From: Lama guanicoe
Taxonomy: Eukaryota
Direction: 5' to 3'
NCBI GenBank assembly: GCA_013239625.1
Contig: MU054117.1
Location: 2,354,011-2,418,010, forward strand
DNA length: 64,000 nucleotides
Position numbers and translations under genes: made by a program. The notes beneath the pieces were generated by a model. It was not told where the DNA came from. It saw nothing but the letters and a program-made list of their open reading frames with translations, and searched no databases. The first letter of the stretch is position 1. Every line of letters begins with the position of its first letter. This document shows positions 1 through 14,618 of the stretch, one piece after another.

Positions 1-293
1 GTGGCCACCACTGCCCCCACCCCCCACCCCCACCCCTCCAGCTCACCTCCCTCCCCACCACACTTGGGTTCTCAACCAACTGCTGGTCCCACATGGGGTC
101 TAAATCCTGTCTTCTCTGCCAGAGCCCCATCAATTCTTTTTTTTTTAAATAACAGCTTTATTGAGATACAGTTCATATACCATGAAAGTCACCCTTTTAA
201 AGTATAAAACAGAGTTAGGAACCATCACTCTAATTTCAGAATATTTTCACCCCAAAAAGAAGCCCTGCGTCCATGCTTTTGGGCCTCACTCAC

Positions 294-376
294 CCCAGGC
301 GGCTGAGGCATCCCGCGGAGATCTGATTGTAGTCGGTGCCAGTGTCCACGGCCACCCTAAGCACCTGGTCCTGGCA
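294..376 (-). CDS. NRIP2: NRIP2 coding exon 3 (CQDQVLRVAVDTGTDYNQISAGCLSRLG), DTG motif of the DDI-like retroviral-type aspartyl protease domain; later exons lie left of the window
   Basis: 83 nt; acceptor ctctttctcag|TGC, donor GG|GTGAGT; intact D-T-G motif. Confidence 0.92.
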
Positions 377-1411
377 CTGAGAAAGAGGGGAGGGGGCACT
401 CGGTGAGTCCCCGGGAGAATGGGCTGGGGGCTGGCTCGGTCACCTTTCCCAGCCCCTGATGAGTCCCTTTCAGAAGTGAGTGAAGAGAACCAGCTGACTC
501 TTTAAGTGACGTTTACGGGACTCACAGTTGAGGCAGAGCTCCGTCAGATACCGAGTCAGGAAAGGAAGTGGAGCCACACGTGGTGAGTGCCTGCGTCTGG
601 GAAGGATTCGACTGGAAGCGGAGGGGTGCTTGGGAGGCCCAGGGCCTCCAGTTAAAGGGAACCGGATTAGGAATGAAGGAGGATGGGAAGGCCCACTAGA
701 ACGTTAGGTGCTGGTAACAGAGGCTCACCCCTGCAGGCAAAGGAAGGCAAGCTGCTTCCTTTTAGATAAATAGAGACGTTTTAGTTTGCACTTGGGTACC
801 ACAAACCATGTCATTCTCTCATTGCACTTGTTCGCTGAGCGCCTGCTGTGCGGGGACCTGTTGTGGAAGGCTGCTCTCTAGGAGGGAGGGGGTGTGGTCA
901 CCGGTGCACGGGAGGGAGTTGTAAGGTCTGTGGGTTGTGAGTAAAGAGCCTGAGATGTTGAGAGGGAGGAAAGGCTCTTCCGCTGGGGAAGTCAGGAGAG
1001 CTTTCAAGGAGGAGGGGACATCTGAGGCTTGAAGGATCACGGAACGTGGACACAGGATGAAGGTCAGCAGGTGGAGGGGGCGCTGAGCAAAGACGGGCAG
1101 TGGGAGCTGGCTTGTGTCAGGAGGGGCTCCGTGTTGCCTGGGGGGTTGGACAGCTCCAGAGAGCACGTGTACTTTCCTGGGAGGGGCTGCCTTACCCACC
1201 TGTGCATGCCCTTGTGTGTGGCACACACTCAACCTTTAAAGATTCTAGTTGGATCAAGGAAAGGGAGTCGTGCAAAGGGAAGGCCCGTGAGGTAAGGAGT
1301 GAAGTTCTAGACCCAGGCTGTGGGGGGGGTGCCTTAGCTCCCCGCTCCTCCCCCACCACCAGGCGGGAAGGAGAGTGGGTGAGGGGAGCCGGTCCCAGGA
1401 GGCTATCTCAC

Positions 1412-1564
1412 CTTGCAGTTGACCAGAAGAGCTGGCCTCTCTGTCTTGCTGGTCCTCTTCCTGCCCTCCTGGCCGTGAATCAGCGCCTGCACCAGGGGAG
1501 ACTCCCCCTGAGCACGACTCTGGGTCCCCTCCACCAGGCGTCTCTGGATCACACTGTGTGGCTG
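1412..1564 (-). CDS. NRIP2: NRIP2 coding exon 2 (QPHSVIQRRLVEG...PALLVNCK)
   Basis: 153 nt, phase 0/0; acceptor CAG|CAG, donor AAG|GTGAGA; peptide matches NRIP2. Confidence 0.92.
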
Positions 1565-3859
1565 CTGGCTCCATCACAAAGCAATGAAGATGCTAAGCGC
1601 AGGTGTGCAGGCTGCTCATTCCGCGCCCCCCCCCGACCCCGCACAAATCCCAGGCTCTTCTCCCCAGCCCTGCCCAGTCTGGAGTTTCTTGGGAGCGAGA
1701 TTCCCCAAGGATCCCAGCAGTCAGACCGTTACAGCCGAGTGAACCCCAGTATCAAATCGTGCTGTTTTTCCGGGACCCCAACAGATAGCTCAGAGATGGA
1801 GAAATGGTCCGTCTAGGTTAGACTGACCTATTGGCTGGCGGGACATTTTAGGCACTAGTATTATGAGGGGAGGTGTGAGGAATTCTGTCTCGGGTCTACA
1901 ACACATATTTCTGGGGACACACTTTCTTTTTTTCTTCTCCGGACCCCACCCTTCTGTGGGGTGCAGATCCCAGGGTTAATGATGTGATGAAAAGAAGTCA
2001 AAGTAACAGGAACAAACAATAAAGAAAAAAAGTCCAAGTTTCCTAAACTAGGAAGTCGGGAGTCACCCGCAGTTTCCTCTCCCCACAGACCCCCCAGCTC
2101 TGTCCAGCCACTCCCTGAATTCCACCAGTTTCACCTCCTGTGGTAATAGTCCTCCCGCCCCTTTCTGTCACTGCTCTGTTCTCATATCAGCACAGCTCTC
2201 CCGGGTCCCCAGACACCTCCTAAGTACGTAAGAACCTGCCTCTCAAATCCACCTGCTCAAAGCCAGTGAGTCCCTAAAACTCTTTGGACTCTAAGTGCAG
2301 CGCTCAAATCAGCACCTTCAGTGTCACTTGAAGGCCTGTTAGCAGTGCAATTTGTGACCTACTGAACCAGAAGCTTGCTTAGCAAGAGGCCCTGATGGCC
2401 CGGGTGCACGCTGAAGTTTGAGGAGTACAAAGTAACACTCCAAACTACGCCTGTCTCTCCCTTGCTTAAAATGCATCAGAGCCCCACCTCCCCACCTTGC
2501 TTACCTGGTGGTGACAGCCCAGGTGACCTGATCCCTGCACATCTGCCCCAGCGCCCCTGCTCGCTCTGCCCGGCCCAGGCTGCCCTTCGCCTCCACGCCT
2601 CTGCCCCTGCTCACCCCTCCTCCTGAAGCCTCTTCTCACCCTTCTCCAGGCCCGACTGGGTGACTGGCTCAACACACTTGTTCAGGGTCTGCTCTTTATT
2701 TGGAGAGAGGTTTTTCTCTTAAGTCTGACAGTCCAGGTTCATGCTGGGAGTGCCTCCTCCAGGAAGCCCAGTCTGACCTCTTTGCCCTCTTCCCTCCACA
2801 CACCAGCAGGGCAGCATCCCATTCATCTCTTGGCTGCCTTTGCCCTGCTTCCCACAAATATTATCTGCCCTTGGGGTCAGGTCTGCACCTCATCCCTCTT
2901 TCTATCCCAGGGCTCAGCTCGGCTTTAGAGTAGGCACTCAGTACGTGCTTACTGAACGGTGAATGTTTCCCTCCGGCCTCCACACATGCTTCCCCACCTG
3001 CCCTCTCTCCTTGGGAGCCTGGGATTGTTTTTCTAGCCTTGGCTTAATGAGGCCCTTGAGGCTGCCAGCAGGGGACCCAGCTCTGGGAAAAGGGCAGTGA
3101 GCTCTGTGGTTCCCAGCTCCCCTCCCACCTTTCCCACGAAGGATGCAGGCTCAGACCCAGCCCCACCCCCCGACCTCCCCCCTACACACACTCTGCAGTT
3201 TGCCCCAGAGCTGTCCCAGGGACGGGGACTTGGCTCCTCCCAACTGCTGTGTCCTCACTCCCTAAGCCACGTAAGGTGACTACCGGAGTTGGGAGAGCTC
3301 AGGGGATGGCAGTGTTGATAGAGCATCTTCCCCAGGGCCACATAGACATAGGATGGGCCCAGAAGGGTGGAGGCTGTAATTTCCTAGCCACTGAAAGCCA
3401 AGGAACCTGCTTCCCAGCACTGTCATTTTCTCAACTGTGCTGGCTGTTTGCAAGGAGGTTCTCTGAATTGAGATCTCATTCTGGTCACTTTTCCCCTTGG
3501 TGGGGGGCTGCTGGGTGTGTGTGGGGGTGGTTCCTGGGACGAATAAGGAAAGGCAGGGCTGGTTCAGAAAGGCAGTGAGGGGCTGCATCTGGCTTCAGGT
3601 TTCCAGGGAGAGGGCCTGCAGGAGTGGCCGAGGCTCCCGGAAATGGTTCATGCCTCTTAGGTTTCAGGAGTCCCTCCTCTCAGACCCCTGACCAGGAGAT
3701 GAAGGAGGGAGCTGGGTGCTCCCAAACCTTCCTGCCAAAGCCTGGCTCCCTGCCCGAGCCAGAGGCCAGAGCCATTCCACCTTCTCGGGACCCTGAGGAG
3801 CTTACTTTCTCAGGCCAAACGGAATAGAAGCTGGAGGAGTAACTGTCTTTAGACGGTGC

Positions 3860-4070
3860 TTCCTGTTACCCAGGCACCGTTCTGAGTCCTTTCCAGGAAT
3901 CAGCTCCTGCACCCCCCAGCAGCCCTACGAGGCAGATGCTGTTCATTTTATCCTCATGTAACAGATGAAGAAACTGAGGCTCAGAAACAGAGTTGCATAG
4001 TTGCCCACGTTGCTAAAGGCCAGAGCCAGGGTCTGAGCCCAAGCACCCTGGCTCCGAAGCAGCCACCTCT
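3860..4070. mobile_element. MIR-like SINE remnant
   Basis: acagatgaagaaactgaggctcaga core. Confidence 0.6.
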
Positions 4071-4649
4071 CAGCCCCTCCCTCTCTCCATGGGGAATGAG
4101 TAAACGCAGCTGCCCCCTACCCACCCACACCTCAGCAGCCACGGCTGCTGCAGGGGGATGAGGGAAAGGAGCCGGAAGGGCCCCTGCCCCCGGGAGGGAA
4201 GGCGCTCGGGGGCCCTCAGGAGGCCCGGCGCCCCAGGCGGGAGCCAGGTGAGACCCTGGGTTCTGGCAAGGACGAGGGGGAAAGGAATCAACACCCAGAC
4301 CTTGTGTTTGGGGACCTGTGGTTTGGGGCAGAGAGAAGCCGCAACCCTAAACTGGCCAGTCCTCCGGGCCGCTCTGCTCCAGGGGGCTCCCAGTTCCCAG
4401 AAGCCTCGGCCCTTATCAGCACAGACAAGCCTTGGGCTCTCTGGGGGAGCTGAGCAATGAGAAAGGGTCCGCCAGAGCCACCAAGCCAAGGGAGCAGCCC
4501 CTGTGAAGAGCCTGGCCATGGCCAAGGTGAGCCCCCCAGGCGGGACTGGGCAGGGAGGTGGGTGTGCAGGCTTGAGGGCTGCACCTTCCTGGGGGAGGAG
4601 GTGGGGGGCCCCGAGCTTCCCAGGGGTTGGGGGGAGAGGGCTGCCTCAC

Positions 4650-4841
4650 CCAGTCCTTGGAGGTGCCGAGCCTCTTGAGGCTGTCCAGGGGGAGCAGGTC
4701 GGCCGAGTCCTTGTGCAGGAACTGGGTGGCCTGTCTGAGCCGGCGCTGCTGGCTCAGCTGGGCTCGGCCCCGCAGCTCTGCCTCCCGTCCCCCACTCCCG
4801 GAGTCTCCCTCCTCCCTCGGGGCCTCCAGCCTGGTGCTCAT
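4650..4841 (-). CDS. NRIP2: NRIP2 coding exon 1 (MSTRLEAPREE...LLPLDSLKRLGTSKDW); an in-frame upstream ATG at 4868 could add 9 aa
   Basis: Translation matches recalled human NRIP2 (QQRRLxQATQFLHKDSADLLPLDSLKRLGTSKD); 192 nt; donor TGG|GTGAGG at 4649. Confidence 0.9.
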
Positions 4842-5108
4842 GGCCCCTGCGGTGGTCCTCCCCTCCATCCTCTCTGCCTCCCTTCCCGGGCTGCAGCTCT
4901 CAACCAGGGGGTCTCAGGCGGCAGCGGGAAGAGAAGAGGAAATAAATAAATAAGATGCAGGAGCAGCCGCGTCAGACACCAGTTTCCAGAGATCGCAGCA
5001 GAGGGAGCGGGGCTCCGGCTGGAAAAACCCAGCGCTGGAGGAGAGGGAGGGCCGGCGGGCTCTGTGGCGTCTCCCGACGGGGTCCTGGCAGGAGTGGGCG
5101 GTGGCAGC

Positions 5109-5340
5109 GCTGTGTGTGTGTGTGTGTGTGTGTGAGTGTGTAGTATGTGTATGTGTGTGTGTGTGTAGTGTGTGTATGCGGGGGTGTGCCGGCAGCTGTA
5201 AACTGTCAGGATGTCCGTGCCAGGTTGTCTGAAAGGAGGTGTGTGTCAGTGCGCGGGGGCGGCAGCCTGCGTGCCTGGGGCATGTGTGGGATGCAGGAGT
5301 GTGTGTGTGTGTGTGTGTGTGTGCATGTGTGCGTGCGCGC
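5109..5340. repeat. Compound (TG)n microsatellite cluster upstream of NRIP2
   Basis: Several pure and interrupted TG runs. Confidence 0.95.
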
Positions 5341-5619
5341 ACCCTCCCAGTCTCCTGGGGTGCTCTTCAGCCCCGGGCTTGGGGTACAGGCCAATACTAG
5401 GTTCAAAACTGAGAAGGGCAGCCTCACGTCTTCTCCCTCAACAGGAGGGCCTCCCCCTTTCTGGGCCTCAGCCTTTCAGTGTCCTTAGCTCATTTATTCT
5501 GGGTTCTGGATTCCAGGGGGCCAGAGCAGCTCTGAATCTCCCCACAAGTAGGGCCCCAGCTTCCCCCTCTCCTTTATGTAAGGCTCCTGGAGTCCTGGTG
5601 CTTAAAAAATATGAAAATT

Positions 5620-5890
5620 CAAACATATAGATTACAGTTACCAAAGGGGAAAGGGTTGGGGAGGGATAAATTATGAGTTTAGGATGAGCAGATAGAAACT
5701 ACTATGTACAGAATAGATAAACAACAAGGTCCTGCTGTAGAGCACAGGGAACTATATTCAGTATCTTGTAAGAACCTGTAATGGAAAAGAATCTGAAAAG
5801 GATATATATGTATGTGTATAACTGAATCACTCTGCTGTACATCAGAAACTGACACAACATTGTAAATCAACTCTACTTCAGTAAGAAAGA
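5620..5890 (+). mobile_element. LINE-1 3' end fragment (laurasiatherian/cetartiodactyl type)
   Basis: Typical L1 3' UTR text: gaatagataaacaacaaggtcctgctgtagagcacagggaactatattcagtatcttgt...acacaacattgtaaatcaact. Confidence 0.85.
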
Positions 5891-6384
5891 AAGAGGAGGA
5901 GGGAGGGAGGGAGGAAGGTAGGAGGGAAGGAAGGGAGGGAGGAAGGGAGAGACCAGTCCTGCCAACACCTTGATCTTGGACATCTAATTCTAGATGTCGG
6001 ACTGTCCAGGGTAAAGGGCGTTGTGTCCTGCCGTGGAGAGAACAGAGCAACTCGTCTACGCCAGGACAGAACCCTTTTCCTTGCTCCCTTGGGCGGTGCT
6101 CTTCCCACCAGGGGAAACAAGTCATCAAACCCTGCATCTGACAGAGGGGGGATCACGGTTCCCTCTACTGAAAGACAGCACAGGGCACTGCTGGGTGGGT
6201 TCTAGGAACTGCCGGGGAGGGCAACAAGGAAGGCTGGGAGGCCTCCAGAAGGTAAGGCTCTCCTGCCCTTCACCCTCATAGGTCCTCAGGCCTTCTAGAG
6301 AACTTTCTGCCTTTAGGTAAAACCAGGCCACACCTTGGATCTGCCACTGGGTGTCGACAGTTTTTAGCAATTTTAGGCTCGGGC

Positions 6385-6705
6385 TGAGGGATACAGTAGC
6401 CACTGGCCACAAGTGCTGACTGAGCACCGCAGACGTGGCAGGTTTGAACTGAGACATGCTGTAAGTGTGAAATACACACTTGATTTTGAAAACAATCCCA
6501 AAAAACAGTTTGAACTATCTCATTCATTATTTTTATGTTGATTACATTATTTTAATATTTATAATATTTTGGATCTGTTGGGTTAAATAAAACATGTTAC
6601 AAAAATTAACATCACCTGCTTCTTTTTGCCTTTTTAATATGGCAACTAAAACTTTTGAAGTTACATGTATGGCTCCATTATATTTCTGTTGGATTGCACT
6701 GATCT
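6385..6705 (-). mobile_element. MER33/MER3-like hAT-Charlie DNA transposon remnant
   Basis: agtagccactggccac...tgtaagtgtgaaatacac...atatttctgttgga matches the recalled consensus. Confidence 0.7.
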
Positions 6706-7518
6706 AAATAGATTCATAGCTTGTTCCCTGGGACCTGGCATAATCGACTCCAGCCTCTCTTCACTTTATCAGGAAGTTCTTCCTGATATCTAACCTAAAT
6801 CCCTGTAGCTGTATTCAGAATCCCTGCCCTCTTGTCCAATTCTCAGTAGAGATGGAAGTGAATACGGTCCCACCTTCCTCGGGATAACCTTTCATGCCTT
6901 TAAATATCTTTACACGTTTCCAGAAGAAAGGCTGAACAGTGCCGTTCTCATCGCTGATGTCAGAGATCGGGTGGAGGGTTCATTTGACACTGGGAAATCA
7001 TCTGGTCAAAGGCCCTGCCACATAAGGACATTCCCAGAATATTCTTCAGAGTGGGCTATTCAGAGCTAAACAAACAGCTCCCCTGAGCCTGTGGAGGGTG
7101 AGGGAAGCCAGCGCTATTTCAGGCTTTCTCCTCTGGCCCCGTCAGATCTGCTGAAGACAGGAATGCAGCTGGTTTCCAGAATTCTCCTGTCCAGCAAGGC
7201 TCCCAGAAGGCCTGAGCCAGTCTTGAAATGTATCACCCTACCTCGGCCCCCAAAAGGCTAGATCTTCTAAAGACCACCAGGCTGGGGCCACCCTCTACAT
7301 TTGATTTTCTTCTATTTCATGGACAGCAAGACCGAGGCACAGACAGGTGGAGTGTTTGCCTCTGTGGATGAAAGCAGGTTGAGCACGGGATCTCGGCCTC
7401 AGACAGGCCCAGTCAGGCGCTCCAGCTCCATCACCTGCTGGCTGGGTGACTGCGTGAGGTGTTCGACCTTTGGAATCCACTTCCTCACCCGTAAAACTGA
7501 AACAATGTGCAATCTGGT

Positions 7519-7670
7519 GGGGAGGGTCCGGGGGTAGAGTTCACGCTTAGCATGCATGAGGTTCTGGGTTCAAGTCCCAGTACCCCCATTAAATAAATAA
7601 ATACATAAATTGACCTAATTACCTCCCTCCCTGCCAAAAAAAATCCAAAACAAAAACTTAAAAAAAAAAA
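7519..7670 (+). mobile_element. Vic-1-like camelid tRNA-derived SINE
   Basis: ggggaggg...cttagcatgcatgaggttctgggttcaagtcccagtacc, (AAAT)n, acctaattacctccc, A-tail. Confidence 0.8.
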
Positions 7671-10468
7671 GGAAGAAGCCACCGACTGTTGTCCAGGAAG
7701 CCTGTGGTGCTGACTAGGGTCAGTGGTCAGTGGCCGCCCAGTGGAAGCCGTACTGGGCTTAGGGAAGCCACACTTCAGGGCTCCCACCTGGAATGTGAGC
7801 AGTGCCAGGAGGCAGCAGATTCGTCTTCCAGGCGGGCCTTTGGGAGGCCCTGCCCCAGGACCTGCAGCGAGTGTGCCGGCTTGAGATGAACATGAGCTGG
7901 GCAGCTCTGGGAACAGCTGCGGAAATCACTACACATAACGGGCAACGGGCAACGGCAGCTATTTCTGTCGGGTGAGGAGGTGTACGTGGCTCAGGGGACG
8001 GTGCGACCAGGGGAGGCTCGGAGGTGGGAGAGAAGCAGGAAGGCCAAGGGCTTGAGCAAGCGGGTCAGCAGGGAGTGAAAACCAGAGGCCAGCGGGCCCC
8101 GGGGAGGCAGAGGTGAGTCCGGGCAGCCTGGGCCCCAGGGAGGGACCTGGGCAGAGGATCGCGGCTCTGACTCAGGGAGCAGTGATAAGGCCCGGCAATT
8201 AGAGGGGACCACCCTGCCGACAGCCAGATGAGATGCATGACTGGCTGGCCCTGCACCTCCCCTAGGGGCTCCCAGACCCCGGCTTCCAGCCTCACCAGCC
8301 CCTGCCCTTCCTCAGGCCCCAGCCGCTCAGGAACCTAACCTGGCCTCAGCCACCGACGGGTGAGACCGAGCCTGCTGAGGTAGAGGGAGGTTGAGGAGGG
8401 GAGGGGAGGACCCAGAAGCAACGCTCAAGCCTCTGTGCTGGGATCTGGGAGGCTGGCCCGGGTGGGCAAGGCGGGCGTCTGTGCTTGCCTCTCTGCCCTC
8501 CCAGATCCAGGCCAGAGAGTGGGAGGATTTCTCTGAAATTCCAATGACCTCCTCCCTCCCACCGCCCAACCCCAAACTTCATATTAACCCTCTGAGTATC
8601 CCCCTGGGCTTCTCTTGGCGCTCGTGATGAGACCCAGGCATGATGGGTGGGATGACAGCACATGCCCTGGAGTCCTGGCTGCACCAGGATGGCAGGGACG
8701 GCCTGGCTCCGTGGCCTGGAGCAGATCACCACTCCAGGGGGCTCAGTCATCATTCAAACACTGGCTTCCCAGCGGCCTGCCGCGCTCTGCCCCGCTGGGA
8801 CCCGAGGAAAGGACCCCCTCCTTCCCACTGTCATCCCCAACCCTGCATGGGGAGAATGGGCGTGTTCCAGCGTCACCCCCAGCCGGAGCTTTCAGGAGAC
8901 TCTCCTGCACCCCTCCGCTCCGGGCCTCCACACCGGCCCCCAAGCCGTGGAGAGAAGGACCGTAGCACAGAATTGTAGATTCAGGACTAGAAGGAACTTT
9001 GGAAACTCTCTATACATACCCTATTTACTCTATTTTTAATTGAGATGTAATTCACATGAAACTGACCACCAGTAAAGCGTACAATCCAGTGGTGTTTTGT
9101 TGTGCGACCACCAGGTCTATCTAGTTCTAGACTATTCGCATTACCGCAAGAGAAAACCCAGTGCCGTGAGGCAGCCAGTGCCGACGACGCCCCCAGCACC
9201 TGGCCACCACCGACTCACCAGTTCACCTTCTGTCTCCACGGATTCGCCTGCTCTGGATGAGTCACAGAAACGGATCACACGATTCGCAGCTTTTTGTGTC
9301 CCGTGTCTTCCACTAGAAGTGTATTCCTTTTTCCCGTGGGTGAAGATGGACAGCTGTGTTTAGGGCGGGCCTACCCTGGGCCGGGCACTTTGCAGCTACT
9401 TCACTTGCTTCTTTCATTTACTCCTCTTCTTTATGCCCCAGTGGCTCCCACGGTGCAGATGAGGACAGGGAAGGACGACCTTCCCATGGGGCACAACTAA
9501 TTCGCAGTTAAAGCAGGACTGGAACCTGGTGGTGGTGAGTCCCAGGTGATTCTTGCAGGGCTTGAGAAAGCGGGCAAAGAAGGCAATGGGCCAAGGCCAG
9601 GAGAAGCCCAGCAGTGGCTGTGATGGGGCGGGGGAGGGGAGGCGGGCCCTGGCCACTGCTCCCTCTTTGGACATGCCCCACTGCCCCTCCCCCGGACTCT
9701 CCACCCCAGCTGGACAGCACCCTTCTGACCCCTGAGGCTTGCCTGCCTCCACCTGAGGCCACGTGTCTCTGGTCCCTCTGCCACCAAGGCTGAGGCCTCT
9801 GGGGTCATCAGTCGCACAGGGCCCATGCCCCAAGATGATGCTGTGACTTTTACCTTGAGTCCCACTTTGTTCTCCTGTCCCCTCCACCGAGGCCTAGTGG
9901 CCTCTCTCAGACCTGATGCCCCATCCTCTAGCCCAGCCTGGGCCTGACCTCTGCTCCCCCAAACCCCATTGGGGTTGCTTCTGGTCTTTGTCTGGACATC
10001 AAATGGCCCAGAGAGGGGTGGAATAGAGGTTATTTTTGCCTAAAAAGCTTCCTGTATTTTGAGCAATCTCAGTCTTGCTCCAAATGGGTTACAAGAGCAG
10101 AGGTGACTTTGTCTTGATCACGTTTCTTCCAGCGCCTCCCCTACCCCCACCCTGCACCCCTTCTCCCTCCCCATGCCTCATCTGTCCCTGGGAGCTGGAT
10201 CCCCATGCCCTCCCTGCTGCACCCACCACTCTCGGTCCTCCCGCCTGCCATGAGAGGGTCCTCCAAGGAAGACAGAACAACTGAGGCTTTCAGCAGCGTC
10301 TCTGGGAGCCTGGGGTACACATGAAGTTGGGGGCATGGTGGACAGGCTCTGTTCCCCAGAAGGCAGAGTCCTGCAGCCCGCAGAGGCTTCCTGCTGGAGG
10401 TGCATCGGGGAGAACACTGGAGCCCAGGGGTCGTGCCCGCCGCAGCCCTCCATCGCCTGGAGGCTCTC

Positions 10469-10945
<477 letters not shown>

Positions 10946-11293
10946 TTAGGCTGGTGAGACTGTTGTTTGGCTGGTCAATCTTCCGTCCTTTGGACATGTG
11001 GTCTGTAAGGGAATCCCCCAGATTCTAGCTGCCCCCCAAGCCCCACCTCCTCCACCAACACAGCGCTCCTTCTCCCCACGGTGAACGCAATGAACCCAGA
11101 CCTCTTCCCACTCTGAACTGCTGCCTTCTGACTGGTTGACAGTTCCCCTTTCTGCAGACCATCAGTATTTAGTTTAACAGTGGGACGTTCGCTTTTTACA
11201 GAACAGAGCTGAACAGTGGCAAATTCTCTGTGATTCAGTGGCTTTGCCCTGGCTCAGCACATCTCCACTCCAGGTGCTGACTTTGGTTTCCAT

Positions 11294-11470
11294 CAGAGGT
11301 TCTCAGGCGTGGCTGCACTTTAGAATCATCCAGAGGGGCTTTTTACAAACACCAGTGCCCGGCTGCCCACCAGGCCAGGTAAGTCAGACTCTCCCGGGTG
11401 GAGCTCAAATGTCAACATTTTTATAAAGAGGCCCGGGTGATTCTAATGTCCCCCCAGAGTGGGGAGCGGC
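11294..11470. mobile_element. MER5A-like DNA transposon remnant
   Basis: cagaggttctca...ggctgcactttagaatcatcc...gggtgattctaatg. Confidence 0.6.
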
Positions 11471-13063
11471 GGGGTTTGCTCATACAGCTTCTATTTCCCC
11501 GTAGGACCATAAGCATCTTGAAGCCTCAGCTTCGTCTGGTCCTCCGGGTCTCTTGCTCAGAACGTGCATCTCACTGATGGGGGGTGGGTTTATTCTAAGC
11601 CCTTAGAGCTGCTCTGAAGGGGCAGCGGGACCGGGTGGGCCTCTTCTTGCACTCTTCCTTGCTCCCACCTGATTAACTTTACACACCCTTCAAGGGCCAG
11701 CTCAAAGCCTGCCTCCTCCGTCCACAGCAGAACCATGTCTGAGACTCATTCCTTCCTCTCCACTCCCAGGCGGGGCTGCAGCTGCAACCAGGGAGACAGG
11801 GTCCTTCTCTCACAGGGACGATATACTGAGCCCCTTCTCCTTGTAGGCACCGTGCCTTTGGTCTCCCGACAACCTTGCAGGGTACCAGGTGCATCTCCAA
11901 GACACACCTGAGGAGAGTGAGGCCCAAGGGATCTGAGGCTGAGGTCGTGCAGCACATGGGAGCTGGTGCAGATCCCCACCGAGATCTGCTCAACTCCAGG
12001 GCCAGGCTGCCTCCACCATCATATACTGACTGTGCGCCAAGCAGGCTGCCAAGCTCTTTTTGTGGATGGTGACTGTGTTTCTCTCCTCCTGCCTTTATAT
12101 TAGCAGTGGCTGTGCACTTGTCTGATTCCCTAGTCGGACAGGAGGGGACAGGGAGCATGGTGGTCAAGAATGCAGGCCTGGAGCTGTGCTCCCTGTGTTC
12201 GAATCCCAGCCCTGCCACTTACTGGCTGTGCAAACTTGGGCAAGATACTTGACCTCTCTGTGTTTCAGATGCCCCATCTCAAACAGCCTCCTTCACGCTC
12301 CTGCTTCTGCTCACACTGGCCAGTCCTCCAGCCTCTCCTGTCGGCCTTTCTGAAGCCTTCCCTCCCTCCCAGCCTTCATGTGATCTCTTCCCGATGGCCT
12401 CCGGGGGGAAGCTCCAGCCTATGCCTACCCCTCCCTCTTCTGAATTTCTGTGATAATGTCTGCTTCTTGTGCAGGGATTTCATGGGTCCATTCCCCCTGC
12501 TTTACCTTCACCCACTAAGGCAGGCATGGCATTTCCCCTCCCCCTTCTATCAAGCATGGAACTGAGTCTGAAAAACTAAGCAATTGGTCAAAGGGACACA
12601 GACTGGACTTTAATCCAAGCCCCTGCCTCCAGCTCTCGGCTCCTTCTGTCAATAACTGACATCCTTACGACACCCACTGTCCGTCCCACACTCTGGGCAC
12701 TGAGCACACGTGGGCTTGTGTTGGTAGCTGTCTTTTCACGCGTGTCTAGGTGTCTGCCTTTTGCCAGCTCCTGGCGGGCAAGGACTGAATACATTTCTCT
12801 GTATCCCCGGAGCCTAGCAGGTGTTTTAAGTACACAGTTGTATCCCCTAGATTTTAGCTAAAAAATCAAGCCCTTTTCCCCTGGAGGTCCTTCCCTGGCC
12901 TCCATGCCTTCTCTCATCTCCATCCAGACAGAGTTTAGTTTTCAAATGACCAGAGGAGGGCAGGTTAGAGGGCCAGCTGGACATCAGAAAAAGCATTCAG
13001 AGAGAGGGAGGGGTGCCTGGGTGGGAGGGTGGGGAGGGCTCCCCGAGAAAGGAGCTCCTCTTA

Positions 13064-13615
<552 letters not shown>

Positions 13616-14618
13616 CTAGGGAGAGACAAGGGAGCCTGCGGTGCTCTGCCCCCGCTCCCGGAGAAGCCGCGCTGCCGCCTCCCCCAGGCCCGGATTCCCG
13701 CGGTCTCGGCGGGGCGGGGCGGCCCGGCGCTCGGGTCAGCGCTCACCGCAGCCCTGCGGGACCCTGGGGTTCTCACCTGCTGGCCTCTTTCCAGCTGTCA
13801 GGCTGCGGTTCGGACCTCCCCCGCTCTTTCCTCCGCTCAGTGTCCCCCTCCTCACTCCCCCATCCCTGCCCCGGGTCTGGTGCTCCTCCCTGCACGTGGG
13901 GCCTGAGGAAATGTGAGGGAAAAAGGCCCTCGGCCGGCCGAGGGTAGAAGGGAAATCTTTCTCCAGAGAACGGGGCCGGCGCTTTTCTGTCCCAGGGCCC
14001 CTGCCACTTGCTTTCCTGTCCTGAGTGCGTCTGCCCCATCACTGTCTCATTAAGATACGAGCAAGTGCACAAAGCTCCTGGGATGGAATGTCGGTTCCTT
14101 CCGTTTCTGGCGCCCCCTCCCCGTGAAATAAACAGTGGAAAATGTGTATTTGACATTTCGCCAAATATTTATCCACATCTCATTTAACCCTCACAACCTG
14201 CGTGCAAGCATGGTTGTTGCTCCAGCTCAAAGACGCAGAAGGCAAGAGGGTGGATGAGTCGCCCGCGGTGCGCGGTGCTGCGTGAGGCAGCAGCAGGCCT
14301 GGGACCAGGCCTGTGCACGTCTAAACCTCTCTCCCCTGCTCCTAGGACTTTTCTGACGCCCCCAAACCCACCTGTTTCTTGGGCCCCATCCCCTGTCAGT
14401 TCTAAACGAGCACTCTGGGGGCAGGTCTGGGAGATGTTAACCAGATGTCATCTCTCCTCTGTCCTGAGCTCCGTGTCACAAGATTCCAGGACCAAGAGAG
14501 GAAGACGGCAGACGGTTTCCGGGCCGGGGCGCCGCAGCCCAGGGGAAAGCATGGCCCACCTGGAGCGGGGGGCAGCCCCTCACCTAGCGGAGTGCAGAGA
14601 TGCAGCCCTGGCCCCTAC

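Noticed and set aside
1100..1816. 238-aa plus-strand ORF
   Set aside because: Starts at GTG, is antisense to NRIP2 exon 2, sits in GC-rich sequence and resembles no protein I recognise
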